From Amphiscolops sp. MND2022 (Eukaryota): a stretch of 64,000 nucleotides of DNA. The notes beneath the pieces are model-generated. The model had not been told where the DNA came from. It saw nothing but the letters and a program-made list of their open reading frames with translations, and did not search any database. Position numbers and translations under genes: made by a program. Shown piece by piece: positions 63,381-64,000 of this stretch. The stretch is taken from NCBI GenBank assembly GCA_964187785.1, contig OZ076409.1, positions 23,066,001-23,130,000 on the forward strand. Reading direction: 5' to 3'. Position 1 is the first letter of the stretch. Every line of letters begins with the position of its first letter.

Positions 63381-64000
63381 TCGATAACTGGTCACCTACT
63401 CGCACTTTCTGTGTTCTTCCCAATAGGTAGTCTTGTATTAGCTCAAATAATGCCTTGGAGATGGGAATTTGCAGCAACTTTTTCATCAGGATACTATACT
63501 TTATTTTATCAAACACTTTAGAGAAGTCAAATAGGACTAATAAATTAACAGAGTCTCTCGAGCTCAAGTGTGAGTAAATATGAGTTAGGCAGTATAATTG
63601 CAGTACAACTGAACATCTTGGCCTGAAACCAAATTGGAAACTACTTATTAAACTAGCAAACGCAGTACAAATTGGTGCAAGGATGAATTTTTCAAATGGT
63701 TTTCAGATTATGTTCAGGAAAGTAACTGGCCTGTAGTTCGAAACTTCTCTTTTGTCACCATCTTTTTATATCGGACTGACAATTCCAGTCTTCCATGCAG
63801 ATGGAAATTTGCGCAATCGCTTGATATTATTGAACAAATTTCGAAGGGACGTAGCGATTGATCCACCGCATTTCTAAACAATATGGGTGGTATCGAATTG
63901 TGACCTCTAATCTTCGAGGTGTTAAGTGACCGCAGCTCTGCTCTGTTTTTATCAAATCTTCCGTTGTCTTGATGTCATTTTCGCCGTAAATATGCTGTTC
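63381..64000 (-). pseudogene. Upstream RT region of the leading LINE copy (internal deletion at ~63381); continues beyond the window
   Basis: SAWKTGIVSPIYKKDGDKREVSNYRPV, QFGFRP, FDFSKVFDKI, YLLGRTQKVRV. Confidence 0.85.

Overview
AT-rich eukaryotic (probably invertebrate metazoan) repeat-dense DNA with no recognisable host gene; nearly everything identifiable is nested transposable elements. The centrepiece is a 17.6-kb Ty3/Gypsy LTR retrotransposon (18075-35689; ~735-bp LTRs, tRNA-Arg-like PBS, decayed gag-PR-RT-RH-INT). Its pol extends past integrase into an AT-hook-like motif, a Cys cluster and what read as two tandem TARG1/Poa1p-type macrodomains. A separate ~4-kb ORF follows in the env position with an SGNH-hydrolase-like segment. 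Relatives of the same LTR family lie at 959-1530 and 7278-11370. Also present: a young internally deleted LTR element (12508-16289), a probable solo LTR with a gag start inside the LTR, DINE-1/HINE-like (Helentron-associated) elements, several MITE/foldback elements sharing a ~190-bp core, LINE, Penelope and Tc1 fragments, and a ~6.3-kb head-to-tail array of ~945-bp LINE 3' ends (57127-63380). Domain calls come from by-eye motif alignment, not database searches; identities are visual estimates.
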